A DNA stretch of 64,000 nt from Ginglymostoma cirratum (taxonomy: Eukaryota): contig JAHRHZ010000267.1 in assembly GCA_024137785.1 (NCBI GenBank), positions 21,475,307 through 21,539,306 of the forward strand, read 5' to 3'. This document shows positions 12,616 to 24,400 of the stretch, in pieces. The stretch's first letter is position 1. Each line of letters begins with the position of its first letter. The notes beneath the pieces are model-generated. The model saw only the letters and a program-made list of their open reading frames with translations. It was not told the DNA's origin and did no database searches. Both the position numbers and the translations under genes were made by a program.

Positions 12616-15314
12616 TGTTTTACTGCTGACGCGAAAACCGCCACACTGAAATTGTCCTGGTGCCGGAATTTTTTGTCTCCGGCCCCCAATCCTCTCGTCT
12701 CCATTTCAGATTTTGAATGATGCCAACAAATCAGACCTCAAGTTCCAATTCTGCTTTCAAGTATCTGTTGCTTATACTTGGATAGATCAGTAACTGTCTA
12801 CTAACTGTAGAAGGGAGAAGAGGTGAGAGCATATTCTAGGATGACCACAATGCTCAAAGTAGTCTTAAATGATCTTCCTATCATCTTGTCTCCATTGCTT
12901 TGTGTTCTGATGGAATTTCTAGTGTTGTTAATCTCAGCAGTGTTTTCCCTGTTGTATCAAAAGGTTAATAGTTGTTTAGTATTTTACAATAACAAACTGA
13001 TTCCTGTAATGTTTATATAATGTGTTTACAATTGTAAATCACTAAAGTGGTTAAACAAATGTTTAAAACTTTTCATTTCCTTTCAGGGCAGACTTTGAAA
13101 CATTTATCAAGGCTGATTCCACAGTCAAACGAAAAAAAGTTGCGATATTTCTAGATGTGAAAATAGGTCATCCACTCCCGGTTATAATTTTCATCATGCA
13201 TGAGCCCACAGCAGCAGGACTGAATTATGGGACATTCTCACTACTTCATAACAGAAAATGTGACCTGTGTGGCTGAACTGAAAACACACAGACCTTCAGA
13301 ATGACAAAAACAACACACTTCAATGTATTCAATGAGATGGTTGAATTTTTTGCTTTCCGGTGCCAGTTCTAGTCAATATTTTAAGACTGGCAGCACAATG
13401 TAATTAATTCTCCTCTATCGCTAACCCAGTCCATGTTATATGTTTGCCTGCCATTTAAACTGAATTGATATTTTCATGTCCCCTCCCCCACTCCCCAAAC
13501 AACATCCCCATTCCCTTGTCAGCATCCCATCAGCACAGGGAAATAAATAGAAGTGTGAAAATTGTCTAGGTATGATTCATTCTCATAATCTGCCCGTGGA
13601 GAAGCAGGAGGAGATCACACACTAGATTGATCTTCTAGGAGAAGACAAATAGGACAGGTACTGCACCGAGGGTGGGAATTGGGATGACAGTGGCAAAGGT
13701 CACATTGACTTCCAATGATAACATAACCTCTTGCTCTCTCTTACCTATTATTTATTGACTATCTACCCCATAAGAGAGTGGTTTTAGATTTGTTTGTAAG
13801 GGCATCATTTGGTTTCGAAATTTTTAAGGCAATTATTTAATCGTTATTTTCCCTCTTTTTGTCAAATCTCACGGGAGAAGATTTTAAAATATTTTAAATA
13901 TTTTAAAAACGTCTTAAATTGTCTGCTGTCAAATTTCCAGAAATACCTTTTCGGACGAAGGAGGCAGACTGTAGCCTAGATCCCAGCAGTGAGATTTTAA
14001 AGCACATCTGTGATTATTTTGGGTCATAACTATCCATTTCAGTCATTAACAAGTATTTCTGGTGCCGGGACTCATTTTTGTAATGTGTTCTCTTGACCTT
14101 TCACTCCTAATACACAATTTTCTGCAGCAGTTTACTGGTTTGATCCATGATGATAACAATGACGTCCTCAAAAATAACCAACCATTTTTTTCACTACTGC
14201 CATAATTGAAACAATGTGTAAAATGATCACAGTATTTTAATGACAGATTTGTCTGTCTCAGAAACATTTTCAGACTCTTGCCTTGGGCCAATATGGCCTG
14301 TTAAAGTGATTTAACTTGTATACACCTATTGTGGGATTAATTTCAAACAGCATACGGATGACCAGCCATTACATTTCTACATTGACGTTTTCAGTCAAGC
14401 TTCTCTAGCTAAGTTCATTTTTATTGTGATATGGCTGATAGTTAAGAGAGAATTTGGCAGCATTTTAAAAAAAAAAGTGAGGTGAAGCAATAGATAGTGT
14501 TTAAAAAATGCCTATCAGCACAACCAATATGTAGTAACAATGTGAAATTTCTTTTACAACCAGGAATTGCAGCATTTGTAAGGCCAAAAGCATCCATTTG
14601 ATTTACAAGTTGTCACCATTGGCTGATCATTTAAAGATATAAGAGATTTTGCTTTGTATACATAAGCCTAACAGCACCCTGGCAGCCAGAAATATCTGAG
14701 TAGCTAAAGTGACTAAGGTCAAAATTAATTCAAGAGGGTTTAGTGTAAAAAAACTCTACAGATCACTTAAAGGCATTTTGGGCTCACTATTCGCACAACA
14801 TATTGAGTCCAATATTTTCAGAAGTTTGATTTCTTAACCTGCAAAGTGATCTATTCAACCTCTCTCAGTTTAAATTGAAGTAAATCTGTCAAAATTAGTT
14901 CCATCTGTTCTCATGATTTTATCACGTTTTCATTTCAAAGTGGGCTTTCAAACGAAAGTGTTCAGAAATGTTTTCAAAAATTAAAGCAGCCAACAAAGGC
15001 CAGCAATTTTGTCACGCCCAGCTTTTTGCAACGTCCCAAGCTCATAACTGGACTGTGCCATTACGCGCGACCAGCTCATCCCAGTTCCACGGAGCTGGGT
15101 GTTTTGTAAAGTAATGGTTCAGAAAGTGTGAAAACTGAAGTTGCATTATCTCCACTCGATCTGATAATGTGTCAAAATCTTTTGATGGAGAATCTAGCTG
15201 TCTCCTCAGTATCCTGAAGGAGAAAAACATTATCTCTTGCTCCTTGTATAATTGTAATTATGACTAACTATATTTGATGATATTTGTACCTACTGCTATC
15301 ATACTATAAACTAT

Positions 15315-15792
15315 GAGATAGCAAGAACTGCTATCTGCTGGAGTCAGAGATAACAAGGTGTGTTATCCCTGGGTGACATGTCCATCCTGGGCTTCCTCCA
15401 GTGTCACAATGACGCCACCCACAAACTGGAGGAGCAACATCTCATATTCCGTGGATTTTACCAGTTTCAAAATCTCCCCACCCCCGGCCTCATGCTACGT
15501 CCAAGCTTCTGTCTCATTGCTCCCCACCTTGACCTGACACAACCTGTCCATCTTCTCTCCTACCTATCTGCTCCTCCCATCTCACTGACCAATCCTCAGC
15601 ACTGCCTACCCACACTCACCTATCATCATCCCACTTACCTTCCGCAGCCCCACGCCTCCTCTCTCTCTTTATTTCGGAGCTCCCTTCTCCCTCCCCCGTT
15701 TCTGAAGAAGGGTCCCGACCCGAAACGTCAGCTTTCCTGTTACTCCGATGCTGCCCGGCCTGCTGTGTTCCTCCAGCTCCACACGTTGTTAT
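15315..15792 (+). mobile_element. Penelope-like retroelement 3' end: GIY-YIG C-terminus, pLTR with hammerhead, and an inverted pLTR piece at the 5' side
   Basis: SLGDMSILGFLQCHNDATHKLEEQHLIFR is the PLE GIY-YIG C-terminal motif. 15350-15362 ATAACAAGGTGTG is an inverted copy of 15780-15792 CACACGTTGTTAT (12/13). Same family as 59670-59793. Confidence 0.85.
15702..15729 (+). ncRNA. Minimal type I hammerhead ribozyme motif in the PLE pLTR
   Basis: CTGAAGA-A-GGGT(CCCG)ACCC-GAAA-C-GTC: both core boxes, a 4-bp stem II, a palindromic ACGT in place of stem III and a GUC cleavage triplet. Confidence 0.7.
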
Positions 15793-15931
15793 AGTATGGC
15801 TTTTTACACAAGACGAGCACTACCTCTTGTTGAGGCTCACCCCCAGTAGCTTATCCCCTGCCGTTGATAATTAGACAGAGCTTTACATGCAGCATAGAAA
15901 GGGAAAGGTTAAAAGAGTAGAAAAGAGGGAG

Positions 15932-16026
15932 AGCTCTTGTGGTGCAGTGTGAGTGTCACCACCTCTACACCAGGCAGCTCCAGAGGTGTGAAATAATATC
16001 TCGCAATAGGATGATTAGAAAATATC
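15932..16026 (+). mobile_element. Short tRNA-derived SINE, internally deleted
   Basis: A-box-like TGGTGCAGTG; B-box region missing relative to the copy at 6420-6532. Confidence 0.55.
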
Positions 16027-16064
16027 TGGAAAGGAGTGAACTACCCCAACCAAAAGCTCCCAGA

Positions 16065-16985
16065 ACCTATCTTTTGTCTCTGCTCTTCTAGGTGATAGAA
16101 ATTGCCTGTTGAAGTTGTCCGTGAAAACTTGAATTACTGCATCTTGTACTTGGTACACATTGCCCCACTCGGTAGGAAACAGTGTGAATGTTGAAGTGGT
16201 GGGCATGTCATCAATCAATCCAACTGCTTTCTCCTGGATGGTGTCAGGCTTTTTGAGTGTTGGAGTTGCACTCAGCCAGGCAAGTGGAGAATATTCCATT
16301 ACACTGACTTGTATCATGTAGATGGTGGACTGGCTTTGGCGAAATGCGATGAGTCACTTATCGCAGAATTCCTAACCTCTGACTTGCTCTTGTAGCCACA
16401 AAATCCCACTGTTCAATTTCTGGCCAATGATAATCCTCCGAATGTTAAATGAGGGTTTCAGTTACGATGACTGGGATGGTCATTACCTGGTACTTTTGTG
16501 GTGTAGATGTCACCTGTCAGGCCAAGCCTGGATGTCGACCTGCACATGGACAGCGACCAATTCAGTGCCTGAGAGGTCGTGAATGATGCTGAATACTTTG
16601 TGCAATCATGGGCAAACATCTCCCTTTCTACCTTTTGTGACGGAGGAAAATTCATAGGTCCAGCCATTTTTACCTGGATCAAAGAGAGTACCATGAGAAA
16701 TTCTTGGGGCTGAGATGGTTGAAAATGATGCTGGGAATGACTTCAACAGGCATCCCTAATCCCCACTGACTGCGGTTTTGCTACGGCTGCTCGATGCCAC
16801 ACTCATTCAAAATGTGGCCTCAATATCAGGAACAGTGAAGATTACCTCATCTCTTGAGTGCAGCTGTTTTTGCACACATTTGTCCACAAAGTTAAAATGA
16901 GGACAGCAGTTTTCTGGCCATGGTTTAATCCAACCCGAGTGTCAATGAGCAGGTTATTTCTAAGCGATTGCTGCCTCATAGCACT
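16065..16985 (-). mobile_element. CR1-group LINE RT/C-terminal fragment (second lineage)
   Basis: VSVMEYSPLAWLSATPTLKKPDTIQEKAVGLI and a decayed LDIKAAFDRVWH motif near 16800-16830; homologous to 43545-44390 and 63284-64000. Confidence 0.75.
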
Positions 16986-18099
16986 GTTCAAGTTTAAAAA
17001 AAAAAGGCAATTGCCTGGTCCAGAAATCAGGCATACAGCAAGAAAGAAAAATACTTGCTCAACAGAGCAGACATTGCTCATGATGGGCATTTATAAGACT
17101 AAAGATCCCCCAGATGATATGAGACAATTATGTAAGTCAGCAGTAAGATTTCCTGTGTTGAGGGAATTCACAGGATTCAGCATCCTCCAGATAAGTTAAT
17201 GGATCAGGTTTAGCAACAATGACCTCCTCTACAAAAGACATCTAAAAGATAAAACACTCTCCACAGAAATTGTTAACTGATTAATCAGGTTCAATGGTAG
17301 GTCTTTAGCCTGAGAACCAGTCTTGCAAGTCAGAAGGGAAGTGGACATCACATCAGCGGATAGGAATTTGGGATGTCATGAAAACATTAGTTTAGCTGCT
17401 TCTGGTAGTTTCAAGGGGCATCCATCCTTCTTGATATTGTGCACTGCACACACAATACATGCAGCATACATCCCAGGGAGCCAGTGGCTTCAGCAGCACA
17501 CCGATCTAAATCGCATGTCCAGTATGTTTGCATCTAGCTGTTCAGTTCCTCTAATGCTTGTCAAAAAAACTTCAATTATACCATTCATCCTCGTTGAGAT
17601 CAGTGTGCGTAATTAGTTCAAGCAAAAATTATTGCAGCTTTATGTTGGTTGCTTGCTTGAAAAAAGTCTTTAAATTGCAGATTGGTTAGGAACATGTTCT
17701 CTTGTATTTTGAAGTCTGAAATATTTCTAATTTTTTTTCTGTCTGACAATTAAGTGTTATTAATTCTCAAAATGTTGGGGGAATAATCTGCTTTATTATT
17801 GCTCCTATTAAGTGAGTTGGCAGTTTTCAAATAACTGGTTCTCTCCAACCATTTCTAAGTGACAGAATTACTCCATATCTGATCAAATCAAATTGAACAT
17901 ACCAGGTCAAATTTACAAATGGCAAAATATAATAATATCAAGATGGCTAAAACGACGAACAAGTATTTGCTGATCAAATCTTTCTCTGTTTGTATTTCAA
18001 GTGACATTGCACATGGTTGTGAAAAAGGCAGATTTTCCCTCATCCTCCTTCAACGCTTATCCACTGTCATCCAGCTGGGTAGGGCAGCTGTTGTGTGTT

Positions 18100-19040
18100 T
18101 CCATTCCTTTCCATCTAAATGTACCCTGAGAATTACTTTACAATGGCTTCTCTTCCAGCTCCTGCGTTGTTACTTTGGTGTCCTCCCAAGAATCTATCCT
18201 TGAACCTCCTATTTGTCAACTGACCCTTGGTAACATGCATACAAAGGCACAACATTAATTTTCACATGTAATCTTGATAACACCCAAATCCCCCTCACCA
18301 CCACTTCTCCCAACTCTTTCATTGTTGCTAGCTTCTCAGTCTGCTTATCCTTTTACTGGATGAACAGAACCTTCCTCCAATTGGAAAGACTGAAGCAATT
18401 ATTTTTTACTCCATGCATCAAAAACAATTCCCTAGCTACTAATTCCATCCTTCTCTCCGAAGCAGTCCGTTTCTACTTCTCTAACATCACCCAATTTCCC
18501 CCATCTTCACTTATTTACCACTGAAACACTCGTTTGTGCCAGGGTTACCTGCAGGCCTGAGTATTCAATGGCTGGTCACCTAATTCTATTCTTTATGACA
18601 TTGAGCTCAGCTGCCTGTATCTTAACTTGCAGCAAATCACATTCCTCATCACCTTTTTTGTATTTGCTGACTTAATACATTAACTCTTGGGCAACCTTGT
18701 TTCCAAATCCCTCCGTGGCTTTGATGCCCCCATCTCTAATCCCCTCTAGCCCTACAATCCTCCAAAATATTTGTGCTGCTCCAATTCAGGGCTTGGATGA
18801 ATTAGCAATTTGGTCAATTTTCCACCTGTCGTGGCTGTGCTTTCAGTCCTTTAGGTTCTAATCTATAGAATATCCTCTCTGCCTCTCTCATTTACTGCAC
18901 TTCTTAAAACCCACCACTTTGGCCAACTGATCTAACAACTCATGGTCTGATCTAATACTTCATTTTATAATGCACCTGTGAAGTAACTTGGAGTTATTTC
19001 ATTGCATTATAGGTGCTATATGAATAAAAGTTGTTATTCA
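18100..19040 (+). mobile_element. Degraded L2 LINE 3' part
   Basis: tggatgaacagaaccttcctccaattggaaagactgaagcaatt (WM..NFLQLN..KTEAI), ctgaaacactcgtttgtgcc (ETL.HAF), and an L2 tail ending gctatatgaataaaagttgttatt. Confidence 0.65.
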
Positions 19041-20539
19041 TGTTGACTACAGGCTCCACATTTGAAGACAATTTCTCGCTTTTCTCAATTTCACAGATCT
19101 AGGGTAATTTTTCTTCCTTCTGAGACTATGGGTGTGGACATGGTGTTTAAAAAAGGGGAAGGACTTCTCTTCAGAGGCAAGGCGAGTTTTCCTTTGTGAT
19201 TATGTTCTTCTCAGCTTATTAGATATTCATGCGTGTAAAATTGTAAGTTCTATGAGAATTTCTGAATCTTACGGGGTTCTTCCAGGCTCCAGCTTCCAGA
19301 TTCCGTATTTGAAAAGCATCCAGGCAGCACTTCACTCTCTACAATCCAGGAATGTCAGGCAGCCTCTGCTTGTCACACCCAGCCATTACTGAAGACGTCA
19401 GAGACCAGAGAAAAAGTGGTGCCAGCCTTTAGCAATACATCCCTAAACGTTCTCCTGAAGCAGGAAATTTTTCCCATTAAGTGATGATTCTTTCTGTTCA
19501 CCTCTGAGAACTCAATTCTCCTCTCTTTCCCAATTACCACAGCTAAGCTCCAACTCTGATTCCCCTCTCATTGCAGTCACAGGCCTGACTGTCTAAAGCA
19601 CATGAAGACAGTTATCTTGATATCAAGTGGTTAAAAGGTGCTGTTCGTTTACATTTTTAGATTAATGCTAGGAGTTTATTGACCACTCTTTTTTTTTAAA
19701 CGTAAAGTAAAGAAGTGTCCATCAAAGATTTATGATATTTAGAAACAGTTCCAATTTTTAACTTAATCGCTCATTATAAATCCACACGAGTAAACATGTT
19801 GCAAAGCTGAGATCAGTAATGTACACAGACATTCTAGTGCTGCAAGACAAACGAATAGACTGAAAAACCTGTGTATCCAACGAGAAAGACATGATCAACT
19901 CTCAGAATGGCTGTTATAGATGTAAGGAGTAGTTGAAAAAGCATTTCTTTTTGTGCAGCTAATTAATGATAATGCAGTTTATTTTGAGAATTTGTAGCAA
20001 TAAATGTACAGCCCTTCATATTAACAGTTCAATTGCTGAATGATGCATAACTATCTGTACATATCGAACCGGCTGTTTGAATGCATACTAGATAATAGGT
20101 TTGGTGATCAAAATGGAATTATAGAATATTTCTCCTTCAAAATATTTTCTAACTAAATCACGTATTTACACAGTGGTTCCCGTTCTTCAGGAATTTGGGA
20201 AGTTAGTTTGTTCAGCCATTACAAAGTCATACAATTCTATAGCATGCATCGTGTACACAGAAATTGCCCAAAATATTTTGAAGAGCAGTGACAAAGCATA
20301 TACACTGAGCAGAAGGTGAAGTAGGGCTAAGAAGGGAACAGAAAATTTAACAAAAACCCTGGAAAGCAGGGTGGGAGGTAATTAGGTGGAAACTTTAGAG
20401 AGTTAACATTAGAAGGTAAGGGTGCATTGTAGCCAAAACGGTGTTACCAATGAGGGAAAAGGGAGCCAATGTTAGTGAGAACAGGGAGACAGTGTACTGG
20501 AAAGTACAATTGACAGCAGACAGCTGATTTTATAAAATG

Positions 20540-21440
20540 GAGGACAGAAGTAGGCCATTCGACCATCATCTACTATTCAATGAGACCATGGCTGATCTGA
20601 TAATCCTTCTCTCCAGTTTCCTGCCTTTTCCTTACAACCAGCAATTCCCTTACTGACAAAAAAAATTCTGTTTCAAACTTGAATATACTTAATGACCCAG
20701 ACTGTACAACCTTCTGCAATGAAGAATTCCACAGATTCACTATCCTCTGTGAGAAGAAATTTCTCCTCATTTCTGTTTTAAATGTGTGGCCCCTTGCCCT
20801 GAAATCATACCCTCCGGTCCTCGATTCTTCCCACGATGGGAAACAACCTCTCCACATCTGCTTGGTCAAGTCCCCTAAGTATCTTGCAGATCTGAATAAA
20901 GCTGCCTCACATTCTTTGAAACTCTAATGAGCACATGCCCAATGTGGGGTGGCATGGGGCTCAGTGGTTAGCACTGCTGCCCCACAGCGCCAGGGACCCA
21001 GGTTGAGTTTCAGCCTTGGGCCATCGTCTGCACATTCACTCAGTGTCTGCATGGGTTTCCTCCAGGTGCCTTGGCTTCCTTCCACAGTCCAAAGATGTGC
21101 AGGTTGAGCGTATTGGCCATGCTAAATTGCCCATAATGTTCGGGGATGTGTAGGTTAGGTGGATAAGCCTAGTTGCAGGGATAGAGTAGGGCTGTGAGTC
21201 TGGGTGGGATGCTCCTCAGAGAGTTGGTGTGGACTTGTTGGGCCAAATGGCCTGTTTCCACACTGTAGGGATTCTAAATATGCCAGTATATCTTTTCTTA
21301 GCAAAACTGTTCACAATATTTCAAATGGTCTCATGTCTTCTTTAGTTTTGGCAAGACTTACCCATATTTATACTCCATTCCATTTGCCTTCCCTATTACC
21401 TGCTGAGGCTAGAGGTTAACTTTGTGATTTATGTAAGAGA
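20540..21440 (-). mobile_element. CR1 LINE 3' fragment split by an HE1 SINE
   Basis: Minus ORF 20573-20869 contains ESRTGGYDFRARGHTFKTEMRRNFFSQRIVNLWNSSLQ, a classic CR1 ORF2 C-terminus; CR1-like sequence resumes at about 21280. Confidence 0.85.
20946..21276 (+). mobile_element. HE1-type V-SINE (tRNA head, V domain, CR1/HER1 tail)
   Basis: ggctcagtggttagcactgctgc head; tgggtttcctcc...ccacagtccaaagatgtgcagg V core; tail ggcctgtttccacactgtagggattcta. Confidence 0.9.
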
Positions 21441-24400
21441 ATTCACATTTATTTAAATAATTTTTTTCAACTTCTGATTAAATACGGATCAGGTTTTGGT
21501 TGAAATTGGGGATGAATAGAGGAGCTACGTATGAAATTGTTAGTACATCTGCCTCCTTGCAAGTCCAGAAGCAAATGGTGGGGCCTACTTAATGGATATG
21601 CGCCTGTTCTGAACAATAGCAGAAACAGAACCGAAAGGGCAAGATGCTATGGCAGAAGATAGCAACCCCATTGTCCCTGTGGCATCATTATACCTTTGTA
21701 GTATAATCAAAAGTACTCCACAGATAATGGTAGACTCTGGCCAAAATTTTGACATAGTTTCCGCAGAAGTAAAATTCAACAAGTTCTGGGCTAACTGTTA
21801 CTGCCCTTTTTGTAATGAGGATGTTTTCCTTTCTGATTACTAATTTGGAAAAATGGTAGTTTGCATGCTGTATGTATTTGTTGCACTACCTCCACAAACA
21901 TACAAGTCTTGAAAATAGTTGAAATAAACTAGCATATTTTAACTTTTTGTGATTTTTGGTGCAGAGGAAACATTCCTTAGCAGATATAGTTAACAATTTT
22001 CAATCCCCTGATTGAAATGTTTCCTGTAATTGAATTTGCAATTAATGACATGTACAAGCGTTATGAATCACTCGGGAAGTTCGATCTGATATAGGTTGGC
22101 TACAGTTTGGTAACCTCGCAGGTACTATCTTTGAATCATGTCATTCCATTGGTACATGGTTTGGATGTACTGTTTCGACAACGCAACAAATCTAACTTTC
22201 ACAAAGCAATGGATAATGAATCCACTTCCTGTCATGTAAGCAAATCCCCCTTCTCCAACTTGCAGGCAAATGTCCCACATCACAACCTATGGAAATAAAA
22301 GGGTCATTCCATCACCCTAGCAGCACCAGTTCAGCAAGGTTTATGATACCATAGCAGTTTTCCTTAATGGCCTCAAAATAATATTTCACTGCCGCATGGC
22401 ACTTTGTCAAACAGTTTGCTTGAGTGAGTACTGATCAAGTTCATCCAACTAACAGCCAGAATACGGTGCTATTAAACTGTGCTGCTCTGCCATAAACAAA
22501 ATATCTGGGACAAATTAGAAACTCCTTGATCTCATCATCTTGACTACATCCAAAGTCTTCAGTTATAAATTACACAGAAACTATCTGATTGTCCAGGAAA
22601 GACATTCAAACCAGCCCAATATTATGGAAGTCATCTGTTAAAGTTTAGGTGATTTGGCAAATTTAGTACATCAAATATGATATTTATGATCCTGGAATGT
22701 ATATTCCCAACCTTTCCCTTAATCGCTTGTAAATATTTTATGCATTGAATTAAAATTAGAGAAACAGATGGAGTAAGGAATCCATGAAATATTATGCACA
22801 TTATATTAATCCATTTTTCTTAGTTTCCCTAAACAATTTGTGTTTTCCATACTGGGATCCCTCTGTCACTTAACATAAATTATAATGAAAACCATTCTCT
22901 TCACAGTTTCTGAAAACCGAGTTCTAAACAGAAAAGAAAATCTTGGCAGATCAAGGAGCAAATTCCAATGAGACTGTGATACCTATTAATGTAGTTGGTT
23001 ATTAGTTTGGGTTAATGCCCAAGAAGATTAACTAGTCAGCTTTCTTATTTTGTGATTGTTTTTGGATTCATAATCATTACTAACATCCTTTATCATATGC
23101 CAGTGTTGTTCAACAATCACTTCTGTCAAAAGCATAAAATGAAGCTTTAATTGAATTATATTAAGCTTAACTTTCCATCTCAATCACCATCTAAACACTG
23201 GTGTGAATTATCTTCTTGGTCCATTAGTAAGTTAAACGTTTAACATCTATCTAATATTGCAATCCATAATCATACAAAAAGCAATACTCTGGTTTACTGT
23301 TGTTTGCTGAGTCATGATAATCTAATCTAGTATTTTTCTATTTGCCTGTAAACATTTATATATGCACTGGAGGTATGCTGGGTCAATAAAGCTGGTTCTG
23401 CAGTTGCCCAGAGTTTGTTGGGGCTGTGTACCATCCCTATATTAAGAGAGATTAATTCAGTCCTACTGTTTGATGTAAACAAAAGCTGAACAAGACCATC
23501 AATTATATAATCTTAACAAGTCATGCAATTTTCTTTGAATAAAACATAAGGAAAACACAAAATAACCTTGGCTGGAGTTAAATAATAAATACAAGTTGAA
23601 TGATATATCTGATCCGCTTTAAAATGCACAAAGTAATTTAGCTTTTGTGTTTCTTTTTCTACACTCTTCATTGTACCTATAATACAGAGGTGGAGATTTA
23701 TCAGTGAACCAAAGCAGTTTGACTGCATGTTATGCCTGGTATTATTCAATTTCACTGACTGCAGTAATAGTAAATATCAGGCTCTGTGCATTGGGGTGAT
23801 CGATCTGATTCTGCTTGTTTTGCCTTGCCATGCAAGGTGAATTTCTATCCCCTGGAGTGCAATAGTTGAATGCTGTTGCAAGTACCAGCAAGATACCTAT
23901 TCTGTTGTGGAGAAAATAGGTAAGGACTTACACTGCTCAAGACAGTCAAAGCGAGGCAATCTTTTGGTGATGCCGAATTATTTGCAACGTGTAGTACACC
24001 TGTATATTTCAAACAAATAAGCTTATATAAATATTCTCTGCGGGCATTTAGCTAAAAGTGTGGTTTTTGAAGAAGTCCGTTCATCCACATGACTCCACAT
24101 TCTCCCAGAAATCAGAGAGGGGGAAATCTGATTGATTTGACTATAAGCAACAAGTTTGAGCTATGCCAAGTCTGATAGACAGAAGCAAAATTGTTATTAG
24201 CAGAAGAAAATAGTTTGTCCAAATTGAGCCTGAATCTGTTTATCAGTTAGAAATACAGAACATTGTGTAATGACTCAGCAAACTGGTGTAGTGTATCGAA
24301 CAGGAATTGGTAAGACACTGCAGACTGATAAACTAAAGGAGGGTAAATGAGACTCGTTCCAATCTTTACGTAAGGTGTTAAGATAATAGTCTGAGAGCAA

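Noticed and set aside
13880-13910. AT-only quasi-palindrome TTTTAAAATATTTTAAATATTTTAAAA
   Set aside because: Low complexity, expected in AT-rich DNA.
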